From contig CAIXPF010000139.1 in NCBI GenBank assembly GCA_903921205.1, positions 7,733 to 71,732 of the forward strand: a stretch of 64,000 bases of DNA, written 5' to 3'. The position numbers were made by a program, and so were the translations under genes. Of this stretch, positions 1 through 8,534 are shown piece by piece. How positions within the stretch are numbered: the first letter of the stretch is position 1; the number at the start of each line of letters is the position of its first letter. A model generated the notes under the pieces. That model did no database searches. It saw only the letters and a program-made list of their open reading frames with translations, and was not told the DNA's origin. Origin of the DNA: an uncultured Acidimicrobiia bacterium (GTDB lineage Bacteria > Actinomycetota > Acidimicrobiia > Acidimicrobiales > CAIXPF01).

Positions 1-27
1 AACCTCGTCCGGATGACGCCGGACCAC

Positions 28-240
28 TCAGCGCAGCAGCGAGGCGATGGTCCAGACCACCACGACCGACCCCAGGCCGATCATGATCAGACTTCGCCGC
101 AATGGCGGGCGTTGCGGCGGCTCACCGTCGGCCCGAGCGGCCGGCGGCCGGACCAGGGCGAGCACGTTGCCGACCACCAGCGCGCCGGACAGGGCGAGCA
201 GGAGGAACTGCAGGAAGTGAGGCCCCAGGAGTTCGCCCAT
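28..240 (-). CDS. small membrane protein, function unknown
   Basis: 70-aa ORF with G/C-rich third codon positions. Two hydrophobic stretches (FLQFLLLALSGALVVGNVLALV, LIMIGLGSVVVVWTIASLL). Lies 24 nt downstream of the VOC gene on the same strand. Confidence 0.45.
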   Translation of the reverse strand: MGELLGPHFLQFLLLALSGALVVGNVLALVRPPAARADGEPPQRPPLRRSLIMIGLGSVVVVWTIASLLR

Positions 241-264
241 CGGCCGGGAGCCTAGGAAACCCGC

Positions 265-972
265 TCAGACGAAGCGGAACCGGGTGCCGCACACCTCGAC
301 GGACTCACCGCGGCGCGCCGGATCGGCGGCCACGACGTCCACTCCGGACACGCCCTCGCCGCGCCCGTCGGTGACCGGTACGAAGCGGACCTCACCCCGC
401 TCGAAGCGCAGGCACGTACCGGAGCCGTCGACCGTGCCACCGATCACGTCGGCCCAGCGAGCGGCCATGGAAGCCGGGTCGTCGGCCTGGATCTCCACCG
501 CAGCCATGGTGGTCACGGTGTCGGTCCGCACGTGGTCGCGCCAGTTGGGCCCGGCCCACTCCCAGTCCTCCGCCGGCTCCGCCTGATCAATGGACACGAT
601 CGCCCCGCCGACGTCGCGCGGATGGACGTGCAGACCGCAGATGGCCGCACCCTGCGCGGTGTACACCAGGCGGGTCCCGGTGCGCTCGATCCGGGCGCGG
701 GCCTCGTCGAGGTCGTCGGTCTGCACCAGCACCATGTAGCCGCCGTTGCCGCCACGGCGTTCGAGCAGACGTCCGGCGGTCGTACCCTCCTGGATCGGGG
801 AGACGACCTCGAGGAACGTGTCCCCGATCGGGAACAGGGCGTTGTGCAGCCCGAACTCGCCGACCCCGGGATCCCGGAAACAGAGATCCACCCCGAGGGC
901 GGATCGGACCTCACCCTCGACGGGGGTGAGGTCCCGGGCGACAAGAGCGACCTGACGGAGACGAAGAGCCAT
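265..972 (-). CDS. VOC (glyoxalase/bleomycin-resistance/dioxygenase-like) family protein
   Basis: 235-aa ORF with a two-module layout. N-terminal LRQVALVARDL...FLEVVSP and C-terminal AVEIQADDP...RFV strands are typical of glyoxalase-like folds. ATG at 970-972. Confidence 0.7.
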   Translation of the reverse strand: MALRLRQVALVARDLTPVEGEVRSALGVDLCFRDPGVGEFGLHNALFPIGDTFLEVVSPIQEGTTAGRLLERRGGNGGYMVLVQTDDLDEARARIERTGTRLVYTAQGAAICGLHVHPRDVGGAIVSIDQAEPAEDWEWAGPNWRDHVRTDTVTTMAAVEIQADDPASMAARWADVIGGTVDGSGTCLRFERGEVRFVPVTDGRGEGVSGVDVVAADPARRGESVEVCGTRFRFV

Positions 973-1005
973 CCCCGGAGCTTCGCGCGCCGCGCATCCG
1001 GATGC

Positions 1006-2346
1006 TCAGCTACGCACGGCCACGAACGGCTCCCCGGGGCTCAGCGACCGCGCCTGGGGGGACAGCTCCCCCATGACCCGGGCGTGATGGGCGCGTGCGT
1101 CGGCGAGGCTCGGCCGCAACACCGACTCGCCCCGTTGGACGAAGCGGTGCTGCAGAGCGCGCACCCCGGCCGTGTCGAGTTCAGCGGCGAGGGCGTCCTG
1201 CACCACGACCTCCTCCACCGCCAGCCCAGAGCCGTCCAACCGCCGACCGGCCACCTTGCGGCCGCCATGGGTCGCCTTGCCGGTCGATTGCTTGGCCACC
1301 GGGTGCAGGGGCGCTGCGTCACCGGGCCGGTCGGCCATCGCCACCAGCTTGTACACCAGGCCCGCTGCCGGCGCGCCCGACCCGGTGACCAGCTGCGTGC
1401 CGACCAGCATCCGATCGACCAGGGCACCGCCGCGCACCAGTTGCTCGATGCTCCACTCGTCGAGATCGCCCGAGACCACGATGCGGGTTCCGGTTGCCCC
1501 GAGCTCGTCGAGCAACGCCCGGGCCCGCCCCGCCATCTCGTGCAGATCGCCCGAGTCGATGCGGATCGCGCCGAGCTGCGTCCCGGCCACCGCCACGGCG
1601 TTGCGAATGCCCGCCTCGACGTCGAAGGTGTCGACCAGCAGCGTGGTCGACGGCCCGGTCATCGCCACCTGCGCTGCGAACGCCGCCCGCTCGTCGGCAT
1701 GGGCCAGGATGAACGCATGGGCCGCGGTGCCCCCCGTCGGGACCCCCCAGCGTCGACCGGCCTCGAGGTTGGAGGTGGCCGAGAATCCGACGAGGTACGC
1801 GGCGCGCGCCGCGGCCGGCGCCGCCTGCTCCGAGGTACGGCGGCTACCGGCCTCGATCAGGGGACGACCGGCGGCGGCGGTGACCATCCGTGCGCCCGCA
1901 GCTGCCACGGAGCAGTCGTGGTTGAGCACCGACAGCACCACGGTCTCGAGTACCACCGCCTCGGCAAAGGTCGAAGCCACCGTGAGGATCGGCGAGTCCG
2001 CGACGTACAGCTCACCCTCGGCGTACCCGGTGATGTCACCACGGAACCGGTAGGACGCGAGCCACTCCAGGGTTCCGGGATGCAGGAAGTCCTGCTCGGA
2101 CAGCCACGCCAGCTCGGCGTCACCGAAGCGGAACTGCTCGATCGCATCGAGGAGCCGATCGGTACCGGCCACCACGCCGTACCGACGACCCGGTGGCAGG
2201 CGGCGGGTGAAGCACTCGAAGACCGCCCGGTGCTGGGCCACGCCGGACTGCAGTGCCGCATCGACCATGGTCAGCTCGTACTGGTCGGTCAGCAGGGAAG
2301 TGGGGACGGGGCAGGAGGCCGATGCCCGAACTGCCCGCTCCCCCAT
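1006..2346 (-). CDS. pncB: nicotinate phosphoribosyltransferase
   Basis: N-terminal SLLTDQYELTM signature, then GTAAHAFI and later NAPRTase-like blocks. Start trimmed to ATG at 2344-2346 (MGERAV...) because the longer ORF would run into the divergent tspO start. Confidence 0.88.
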   Translation of the reverse strand: MGERAVRASASCPVPTSLLTDQYELTMVDAALQSGVAQHRAVFECFTRRLPPGRRYGVVAGTDRLLDAIEQFRFGDAELAWLSEQDFLHPGTLEWLASYRFRGDITGYAEGELYVADSPILTVASTFAEAVVLETVVLSVLNHDCSVAAAGARMVTAAAGRPLIEAGSRRTSEQAAPAAARAAYLVGFSATSNLEAGRRWGVPTGGTAAHAFILAHADERAAFAAQVAMTGPSTTLLVDTFDVEAGIRNAVAVAGTQLGAIRIDSGDLHEMAGRARALLDELGATGTRIVVSGDLDEWSIEQLVRGGALVDRMLVGTQLVTGSGAPAAGLVYKLVAMADRPGDAAPLHPVAKQSTGKATHGGRKVAGRRLDGSGLAVEEVVVQDALAAELDTAGVRALQHRFVQRGESVLRPSLADARAHHARVMGELSPQARSLSPGEPFVAVRS

Positions 2347-2446
2347 GGGGCGCCATCGTAGGCCGTGCAGGCGGTCGCGGTCCGGTCCGGAGCCGGGCGG
2401 TGAGGACCGACCCGCCACGGTGGGAACAACCGTGCGAACATGCCCT

Positions 2447-2917
2447 ATGCGTCCTTCGGCGATCGCGACCGCCACCCTCAGCACGGTGTTCGTCGTCGGT
2501 TACGCCGTGCTGTCGGGGCGGTGGGTGACCAGCAGCGATGCCTGGTACCGATCGCTGGTCCGCCCTCCGTGGCAGCCCCCCAGCGTGGTGATCGGCCTCA
2601 TCTGGCCGTACAACTTCGCCGTGCTGATCGCCGCCGGTCTCGCCGTGGCCTTTCGGGGCACCACGGTCGACCGCGGGATCTGGCTCGTCGCGCTGCTGCT
2701 GTCGGTCATCGCCGCGTTGAGTTGGGCCCGGCTGTTCTTCGTCGGCCACGCCCTGTGGCCGGCAGCGCTCGCCTTGATCCTGGCCGCGCTGCTCAATCTC
2801 CCCGCGGTCATCGCGGCCTGGCGGACCCGGACCTGGGCCGGGGCGGTGCTGATCCCCTACGCCGTGTGGTTGGCAGTCGCAGCGTCGGTGTCGGTCGGCT
2901 ACGCCCGCCGCAACTGA
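2447..2917 (+). CDS. tspO: TspO/MBR tryptophan-rich sensory protein, copy 1
   Basis: 156-aa protein with five hydrophobic helices and TspO motifs (WYRSLVRPPWQPP, GLIWPYNF, AWARLFF-type, PYAVWL). Start at ATG 2447, since the upstream part of ORF 2207..2917 is antisense to pncB. Confidence 0.85.
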   Translation: MRPSAIATATLSTVFVVGYAVLSGRWVTSSDAWYRSLVRPPWQPPSVVIGLIWPYNFAVLIAAGLAVAFRGTTVDRGIWLVALLLSVIAALSWARLFFVGHALWPAALALILAALLNLPAVIAAWRTRTWAGAVLIPYAVWLAVAASVSVGYARRN

Positions 2918-2987
2918 CACCGGAGCGACCGACGACCATGCGTCGTCGATCGTCACAGCCCCGTGGTGCGGCGTGTCCCGGTGCCGG

Positions 2988-3866
2988 CTAGCCGGCGATG
3001 GCGGCCAGGCCGGGGGGAAGGGCAACACCGGTCCGCTTGGCCTCGTCCTGCACCACACGGCGGAGTTCGGCCAGCCGGTCGGCCCACTGCGGCGTCTTCC
3101 CGGTGCGGGCCATCTCGACCCGTTCGACCCCGATACCGCCGCTGGAACGGCCGGCTCCATCGCTGTGGGTGACCTCGGCGATCTCGAGCTCCGAACCGTC
3201 GGGCATCACGTACTCGACCGAGTACGACGCCACCTGCGGCGCGTCCGGGTGGCCGGCCGGGGCGAAGTACCCCGAACCCGATCCGTCCTTCACGGCCACT
3301 TCCCACGGCCGCAGGCGGATCTGCGGGGCCAGGATCCCCCACTGGGCGAGACGGGGGAAGAACGCCGACGAATGATCGGTCGTGGTGACCCGAAGCCGGG
3401 TCGGGTCCAGTGCGACGACCTTGGTCAGGTACTCGAGCACGAGGTCCGTCGCCGTGTTCGCCAGGGCCGGGGTGCTCGTGTCGAGGCCGATGATGCTGAA
3501 CAGCGGAAGCGTGCCCGGTGTCGCCTTCTTCGCGACGTCCTCCGTCCGTGCGACCTGCTGTCTCAGATACGTCCGCTCGCTCAGCGCCCGCACGTCGTCG
3601 TCGTAGCGGAGCCCGCCGTTGAAGGCCAGCCCGGTGATCAGCGGGGCTGCCGCCGCCGCCGTGTAGCCGCGGCCGCGGAGGAAGGCATCGAATCCGGCCT
3701 CGGTCGCCCCGCCGGCCACCGCCGTCGACCTGACGGCGGGCACCGAACCGGCCGCCGAGTCGGACCCGGCCGAGTCGGACGACGAACCGCAGGCAGCAAG
3801 GACTCCGGCCGCGAACCATGCAGCGGCTCCACCCTCGATGAACGTGCGCCGGGACAGCGACATCAA
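2988..3866 (-). CDS. Tat-signal lipoprotein; mature part resembles a degenerate class II AlaRS catalytic core
   Basis: N-terminus MMSLSRRTFIEGG (S-R-R-x-F twin-arginine motif), an h-region, then lipobox VLAAC-G. High GC3. The mature region shows AlaRS-like blocks (see finding). Confidence 0.7.
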   Translation of the reverse strand: MMSLSRRTFIEGGAAAWFAAGVLAACGSSSDSAGSDSAAGSVPAVRSTAVAGGATEAGFDAFLRGRGYTAAAAAPLITGLAFNGGLRYDDDVRALSERTYLRQQVARTEDVAKKATPGTLPLFSIIGLDTSTPALANTATDLVLEYLTKVVALDPTRLRVTTTDHSSAFFPRLAQWGILAPQIRLRPWEVAVKDGSGSGYFAPAGHPDAPQVASYSVEYVMPDGSELEIAEVTHSDGAGRSSGGIGVERVEMARTGKTPQWADRLAELRRVVQDEAKRTGVALPPGLAAIAG

Positions 3867-3963
3867 CGCGCTCCTTGTCCGTCCGACTCGTCCTGCTGAC
3901 GGCGGGGTGCACGCACCCTAGACCTGCGGCAGGCGATGTCGATCGCGTCGGAGTCAGCGGAAC

Positions 3964-4047
3964 TCAGGCGTTACGCGCCATGTCGGCGAACGTGGTGTAC
4001 GGCCCGAGGAAGGCCAAACGGACCGTTCCCGTGGGTCCGGCCCGATG
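3964..4047 (-). pseudogene. relic copy of the dnaB 3' end (last 27 codons plus stop)
   Basis: The minus strand reads HRAGPTGTVRLAFLGPYTTFADMARNA-stop. Intact DnaB ends HRAGPTGTVRLAFLGQYTKFANMARNP-stop at 6124-6207, giving 23/27 identical residues. The two are also clearly alignable at nucleotide level. No upstream ORF continues the relic. Confidence 0.8.
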
Positions 4048-4084
4048 CGGACCGCTCCGCCCCCCACCGGCGTCGGGCCCGCGG

Positions 4085-4108
4085 CGCGACCGCGACCGCG
4101 ACCGCGAC
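4085..4108. repeat. hexanucleotide tandem repeat (cgcgac)x4
   Basis: Read directly: cgcgac cgcgac cgcgac cgcgac. Lies between the dnaB relic and tspO copy 2. Confidence 0.9.
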
Positions 4109-4163
4109 CGGTGTGGGAGGGGTGCGACCTCCGCCCGTGCAGGGCGCTCTGGGACAATGGACC

Positions 4164-4634
4164 ATGCGCATCGGTCCGGTCACCACCGCCATCGTCAGCA
4201 CGGCCCTCGTCGTCGTCTACGCCGCCGGGTCGGGACGGTGGGTGGCGAGCGGCGACGCCTGGTACCGGTCTCTGGTCCGCCCTGCGTGGCAGCCGCCCGA
4301 CATCGTGTTCGGCCTGATCTGGCCGTACAACTTCGCAGCCCTGATCGCCGCCGGCCTGGCCGTCGCCCTGCGCGGCTCGGCCGCGGCACGCTGGAGTTGG
4401 CTGATGGCCTTGTTGCTGAGCGTGATCGCCGCGTTGGCGTGGGCCCGGCTGTTCTACGTCGACCACGCGCTCCTCGCCGCGGCGGTGGCCCTGGTACTGG
4501 CCGCTCTCATCACGGTGGTGGCGGTGGTCGCCGCCTGGCGGACGCGAACCTGGGCCGGGGCCGTGCTGGTCCCCTACGTCGTCTGGCTCGCCCTCGCCGC
4601 ATCGCTGTCGATCGAGTACGCCCGACGGAACTGA
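4164..4634 (+). CDS. tspO: TspO/MBR tryptophan-rich sensory protein, copy 2
   Basis: 156 aa, gap-free collinear with copy 1 (WYRSLVRPAWQPP, GLIWPYNF, AWRTRTWAGAVL, YARRN-stop are shared). ATG at 4164. Confidence 0.85.
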   Translation: MRIGPVTTAIVSTALVVVYAAGSGRWVASGDAWYRSLVRPAWQPPDIVFGLIWPYNFAALIAAGLAVALRGSAAARWSWLMALLLSVIAALAWARLFYVDHALLAAAVALVLAALITVVAVVAAWRTRTWAGAVLVPYVVWLALAASLSIEYARRN

Positions 4635-4714
4635 CGGCCCCACCGGCCGCGGGCCGGCGACGCCGACGCCCACGACGCGCGTCGGCGCCTGCGGCACCTA
4701 CCGCTGACCGCGGG

Positions 4715-5926
4715 TCAGGCCCGGGCCTGCACCACCACCCCGGCGCGGACCAGCTCGGCGTAGTCGGCCGGGCTCAGCCCGGCCACGGAGGTGAGCACCG
4801 CCTCGTTGTCCTCACCGAGGTCCGAGGCCTGCAGCTCGAGCAGTTCCGGGTACTCCGAGAAGCGGATGGGCACCCCGGGCATGTCGAACGCACCGATGCG
4901 GGGGTCGGTCACGCTGCGCACGATGCCGGTGCCGCGGAGGTGCGGATGGGCGACCGCCTCCTCGACGGTGAGGACCGGTGCCGCCGGCACGTGCTGGGCC
5001 TGCATGGCGGCCAGCGCGGTGTCGCGGTCGGGCTGGGTGGCGAGCCACGCGGCGATGACGGCGTTGACCTCGTCGCGCCGCGCCACCCGGCCGGCGCTGG
5101 TCGCGTAGCGCTCGTCGGTGGCGAGCTCCGGCCGGCCCATGGCCAGACACATGTCGGCCCACTGGCGGTCGTTGGCGGCGGCCACGATGACGTGCCCGTC
5201 GGCCACCGGGAACACGCCGTACCCTCCGACGAAGGGGTGCAGGGAGCCGCTGCGCATCGGTTCCATCGCCCCCTCGGAGATCGACCATGCCTGCACGTTC
5301 ACCTCGTGACAGGTCATGTAGCAGCCCAGCAACGAGATCTCCACGTGCTGGCCGCGCCCGGTGCGCTCGCGGTGGTACAGCGCAGCGGCCACCGCCCCGA
5401 ACCCGTGCACCCCGGTCAGCACGTCGCCCGGGGACAGGCCCATCAACGACGGCGCCCGGTCGGCTTCGCCGTTCATGTGCAGCACGCCACCGTAGGCCTG
5501 GGCGATGGCGTCGTAACCGGGGTGGTCACGCAGCGGACCCTCGGTCCCGAAGGCGGAGATCGAGCACATGATCAGACGGGGGTTACGGGCCGACACCGCT
5601 TCCCAGCCGAAGCCGAGGCGTTCGATCACCCCCGGGCTGAAGTTCTGCACCAACACGTCGACCTGCTCGACGAGCGCCATCACCACCTCGCGGCCGCGGG
5701 GATCCTTGACGTCGACGCAGATGCACTGCTTGCCCCGGTTCTGCTGCACGAAGTAGCCGGAGCGACCGTTACGCATCGCGGGCAGCCCCCGTGACATGTC
5801 CCCGGCGGGTGGCAGCTCGACCTTGACCACCTCGGCCCCGAACTCGACGAGGAGGCGGGTGACCGACGGCCCCGACAGGACGTTGCTGAAATCCAGCACC
5901 TTGACGCCATCGAAGATCCCCTGCAT
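4715..5926 (-). CDS. family III CoA-transferase (CaiB/BaiF/Frc-like)
   Basis: N-terminus MQGIFDGVKVLDFSNVLSGPSVTRLL...GAEVVKVE is the typical family III opening. A later GDxxTG-type block (SPGDVLTGVHG) is present. ATG at 5924-5926. Confidence 0.85.
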   Translation of the reverse strand: MQGIFDGVKVLDFSNVLSGPSVTRLLVEFGAEVVKVELPPAGDMSRGLPAMRNGRSGYFVQQNRGKQCICVDVKDPRGREVVMALVEQVDVLVQNFSPGVIERLGFGWEAVSARNPRLIMCSISAFGTEGPLRDHPGYDAIAQAYGGVLHMNGEADRAPSLMGLSPGDVLTGVHGFGAVAAALYHRERTGRGQHVEISLLGCYMTCHEVNVQAWSISEGAMEPMRSGSLHPFVGGYGVFPVADGHVIVAAANDRQWADMCLAMGRPELATDERYATSAGRVARRDEVNAVIAAWLATQPDRDTALAAMQAQHVPAAPVLTVEEAVAHPHLRGTGIVRSVTDPRIGAFDMPGVPIRFSEYPELLELQASDLGEDNEAVLTSVAGLSPADYAELVRAGVVVQARA

Positions 5927-6123
5927 TACGCCCCCTCGATCCACCCGTGACGGGCCGGAGGCTACCCGCCCTCCGCCGAGGCGTCCCTGCCCACCGGCTC
6001 GAGGCCGGCCGGGACGCAACTCGGCCGGGCCCGACCCAGCGGGACCCGGTGCCGCCGGATGCAGGGCGCCGGCGGGCGCGGTAGGGCCCCGGTGCTCGAC
6101 CTCGATGGCGCCCTACAACCGGA

Positions 6124-7491
6124 TCAGGGGTTGCGGGCCATGTTGGCGAACTTGGTGTACTGACCGAGGAACGCCAGGCGGACCGTGCCGGTGGGCCCGG
6201 CCCGGTGCTTGGCGACGATCACCTCGGCGATTCCCTGGTCCTGCGTGTCCTGGTGGTACACCTCGTCGCGGTAGAGGAACAGCACGACGTCGGCGTCCTG
6301 TTCGAGCGACCCGCTCTCGCGCAGGTCCGACAGCATCGGACGCTTGTCGGCCCGCTGCTCGAGGCCACGGTTGAGCTGCGCCAACGCCACGACCGGGGCT
6401 TCGATCTCACGGGCCAGGATCTTCAGCCCACGGCTGATCTCGGCCACCTCGACCTGGCGCGACTCGGCTCCGGATCGGCCGGTCATCAGCTGGATGTAGT
6501 CCACGACCACCATCCCCAGCTCGCCCACCTGCGACTTGAGCTTGCGGGCCTTCGAGCGGATCTCCATGACCGTGACGTTGGGGTTGTCGTCGATCCAGAT
6601 CGGCGCCTCGGCCAGCGGACCGACGGCACGGCCCAACTTCTCCCAGTCGGCCTCCGACAGCTTGCCGGTCCGCATCCGGGTGGCGTCCACCCTGGCCTCC
6701 GAGGACAGCAGGCGCTGGGTGATCTCCAGTCGGCTCATCTCGAGGGAGAACACCAGCGACGGCTTGTGGGAGGCGAGCGCCCCGTGGGCTGCCATCCCGA
6801 GGGCGAAGCTGGTCTTGCCCATGGCAGGCCGGGCACCGACCACCACCAGGGCGTTGGGCTGCAACCCGGCCAGGATCTCGTCGAGGTCGACGTAGCCGGT
6901 CGGGGTGCCGGTGATGGCCTCGCCCCGCTCATAGAGCTGCTCGAGCCGGTCCAGGGTCTCACCGAGCAGCTCGTGCACCGAAGCCGTGCTGCTCTCCACC
7001 CGGTGCTGCGCCAGGTTGAAGATCATCGACTCGGCCTGGTCGATGGCCTTGGTCACGTCGTCGGGCAGCGAGTAGCCGAGCTCGGCGATCTCGCCGGCGG
7101 TGTTGATCATCGAGCGCAGCAACGCCAACTCCTCGATGATCTCGCCATGCCGACGGGCATTGGAAATTGCCGGAGCCGATGCCTGCAGGGCGATCAGCGT
7201 GCCGGGACCCCCGATGGCGTCGAGCAACCCCGCCCGGTTCAACTCGTCGGCCACCGTGATCGGGTCGGCCGGCTCGCCTGCGCTGTACAGCGTGGCGATG
7301 GCGTCGAAGACGTGAGCGTGGGCGGGCTTGTAGAAGTGCTCGGGCCGCACCAGTTCGGTGGCGGTGGCAATGGCGTCGCGCGACAGCAGCATGGCGCCGA
7401 GCAGCGACTCCTCGGCCTGCAGGTTGTGTGGGGTGACACGGGCCGAGGTCCGGCCCGGCTCACCGCTGGACGGTGACACCATGATCCTCAC
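6124..7491 (-). CDS. dnaB: replicative DNA helicase DnaB (no intein)
   Basis: PHNLQAEESLLGAMLL N-terminal motif. Walker A GARPAMGKTSFAL, DYIQLM, SRGLKILAREIEAPVVALAQLNR and RESGSLEQDADVV are present. GTG start at 7491; an alternative ATG lies at 7482. Confidence 0.95.
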   Translation of the reverse strand: MRIMVSPSSGEPGRTSARVTPHNLQAEESLLGAMLLSRDAIATATELVRPEHFYKPAHAHVFDAIATLYSAGEPADPITVADELNRAGLLDAIGGPGTLIALQASAPAISNARRHGEIIEELALLRSMINTAGEIAELGYSLPDDVTKAIDQAESMIFNLAQHRVESSTASVHELLGETLDRLEQLYERGEAITGTPTGYVDLDEILAGLQPNALVVVGARPAMGKTSFALGMAAHGALASHKPSLVFSLEMSRLEITQRLLSSEARVDATRMRTGKLSEADWEKLGRAVGPLAEAPIWIDDNPNVTVMEIRSKARKLKSQVGELGMVVVDYIQLMTGRSGAESRQVEVAEISRGLKILAREIEAPVVALAQLNRGLEQRADKRPMLSDLRESGSLEQDADVVLFLYRDEVYHQDTQDQGIAEVIVAKHRAGPTGTVRLAFLGQYTKFANMARNP

Positions 7492-7541
7492 ACCTTGGGC
7501 GACGCGGGCTGTGCGTTTCCAGGGGACAGCCCGGAAATTGC

Positions 7542-7593
7542 TGTGGACAACGCGGTGGACACTGGGTACGACCAGAGTCCGAACTGTGGATAA
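7542..7593 (-). promoter_or_regulatory. DnaA-box pair upstream of dnaB
   Basis: tgtggacaa (7542-7550) reads TTGTCCACA on the minus strand. tgtggataa (7585-7593) reads TTATCCACA. A weaker ggtggacac lies at 7554-7562. They sit in an A/T-richer stretch 51-102 nt upstream of the dnaB start. Confidence 0.55.
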
Positions 7594-7620
7594 CGATGTG
7601 TAAAGAGGGGCTGATCTGGG

Positions 7621-7659
7621 GAAAATAGCGACTGCGCCACCCCGAGGGGCGGCGCAGTC
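7621..7659 (-). terminator. intrinsic terminator after rplI
   Basis: The minus strand reads GACTGCGCCGCCCC-UC-GGGGUGGCGCAGUC, a 14-bp stem with one mismatch, followed by GCUAUUUUC. Lies 34 nt downstream of the rplI stop. Confidence 0.65.
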
Positions 7660-7692
7660 GACCTACACCGGTGGTGATGTCACGCTGGGTGA

Positions 7693-8142
7693 TCAGCGAG
7701 CAACCACGTCGACCTGCAGGAAGATCTGCACGTCGTTGTGGAGATGCGCAGGCACGGAGTGCATGCCGACGGTCTTGAGCGGCTCTTCCATCGCAATGGT
7801 GCGACGGTCGATCTCGAGACCGGTCTGGTTGTAGACCGCCTCGACGACGTCGGCCTCGGAGACCGACCCGAACAGACGGCCTTCGCCGCCGGCCCGGGCT
7901 TCGATCTTGATGACCGTGGGAGCCAGACGCTTGGCGATCTCCTCGGCGGCGGCGCGGTCACGCGCATCCTTGATGTCCCGGGACACCCGCATGGTGACGG
8001 CCTGTGCCTCGGCACCGGCCGAGGAGCGCATCGCCAGACCCTGGGGCAGCAGGTAGTTACGGGCGTACCCGTCGCTCACCTCGACCAGCTCGCCCCGCTT
8101 GCCCAGACCGCGCACGGTATCGCGCAGGATGACCTTGATCAT
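7693..8142 (-). CDS. rplI: 50S ribosomal protein L9
   Basis: [37 protein letters not shown] is the canonical L9 N-terminus. ATGA overlap with the rpsR stop. Confidence 0.95.
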   Translation of the reverse strand: MIKVILRDTVRGLGKRGELVEVSDGYARNYLLPQGLAMRSSAGAEAQAVTMRVSRDIKDARDRAAAEEIAKRLAPTVIKIEARAGGEGRLFGSVSEADVVEAVYNQTGLEIDRRTIAMEEPLKTVGMHSVPAHLHNDVQIFLQVDVVAR

Positions 8143-8534
8143 TCCTCGACCTCCTCGGCCTCGGGCACCTCGATGGCCTCGTCAGCCACCGGTGCCAACT
8201 CGGTGTCCTCACCACGCGGCGGACGACCTTCACCCCGGTTACCACGGTCGGGACGCGAGCTGCGCTGCGTAGTGACCCGGTTGGTGTACGGCAACAGCGC
8301 CATTTCCCGGGCGTTCTTGATGGCCATCGCCACCGCCCGCTGCTGCTGCTGATCGTTGCCGGTCACGCGTCGGGCACGGATCTTGGCCCGGTCCGACATG
8401 AAACGGCGCAGAAGGTTGACGTCCTTGTAGTCCACGTACTCGACCCGCTCCTGGGTGAGAACGGAGATCTTCTTCTTCGCGCGCTTGGCGTTGTCCTTCA
8501 GCTTGCCCCGTTGGGGGCCCTTGACCTTCGCCAT
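8139..8534 (-). CDS. rpsR: 30S ribosomal protein S18, with a long acidic C-terminal extension
   Basis: Core [28 protein letters not shown]...[13 protein letters not shown]. Carries about 50 extra C-terminal residues ending [10 protein letters not shown]. Confidence 0.93.
   Translation of the reverse strand: MAKVKGPQRGKLKDNAKRAKKKISVLTQERVEYVDYKDVNLLRRFMSDRAKIRARRVTGNDQQQQRAVAMAIKNAREMALLPYTNRVTTQRSSRPDRGNRGEGRPPRGEDTELAPVADEAIEVPEAEEVEE

Noticed and set aside
532-2361. 609-aa plus-strand ORF covering the pncB region
   Set aside because: It is antisense to a gene with clear NAPRTase motifs. Its translation is Arg/Gly/Pro-rich with no motifs. This is a typical high-GC shadow ORF.
6124-7491. 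Intein in DnaB, considered because of the LAGLIDADG ORF and the dnaB relic nearby
   Set aside because: DnaB is 455 aa with contiguous helicase motifs and no inserted Cys/Ser...HN splice-junction block.
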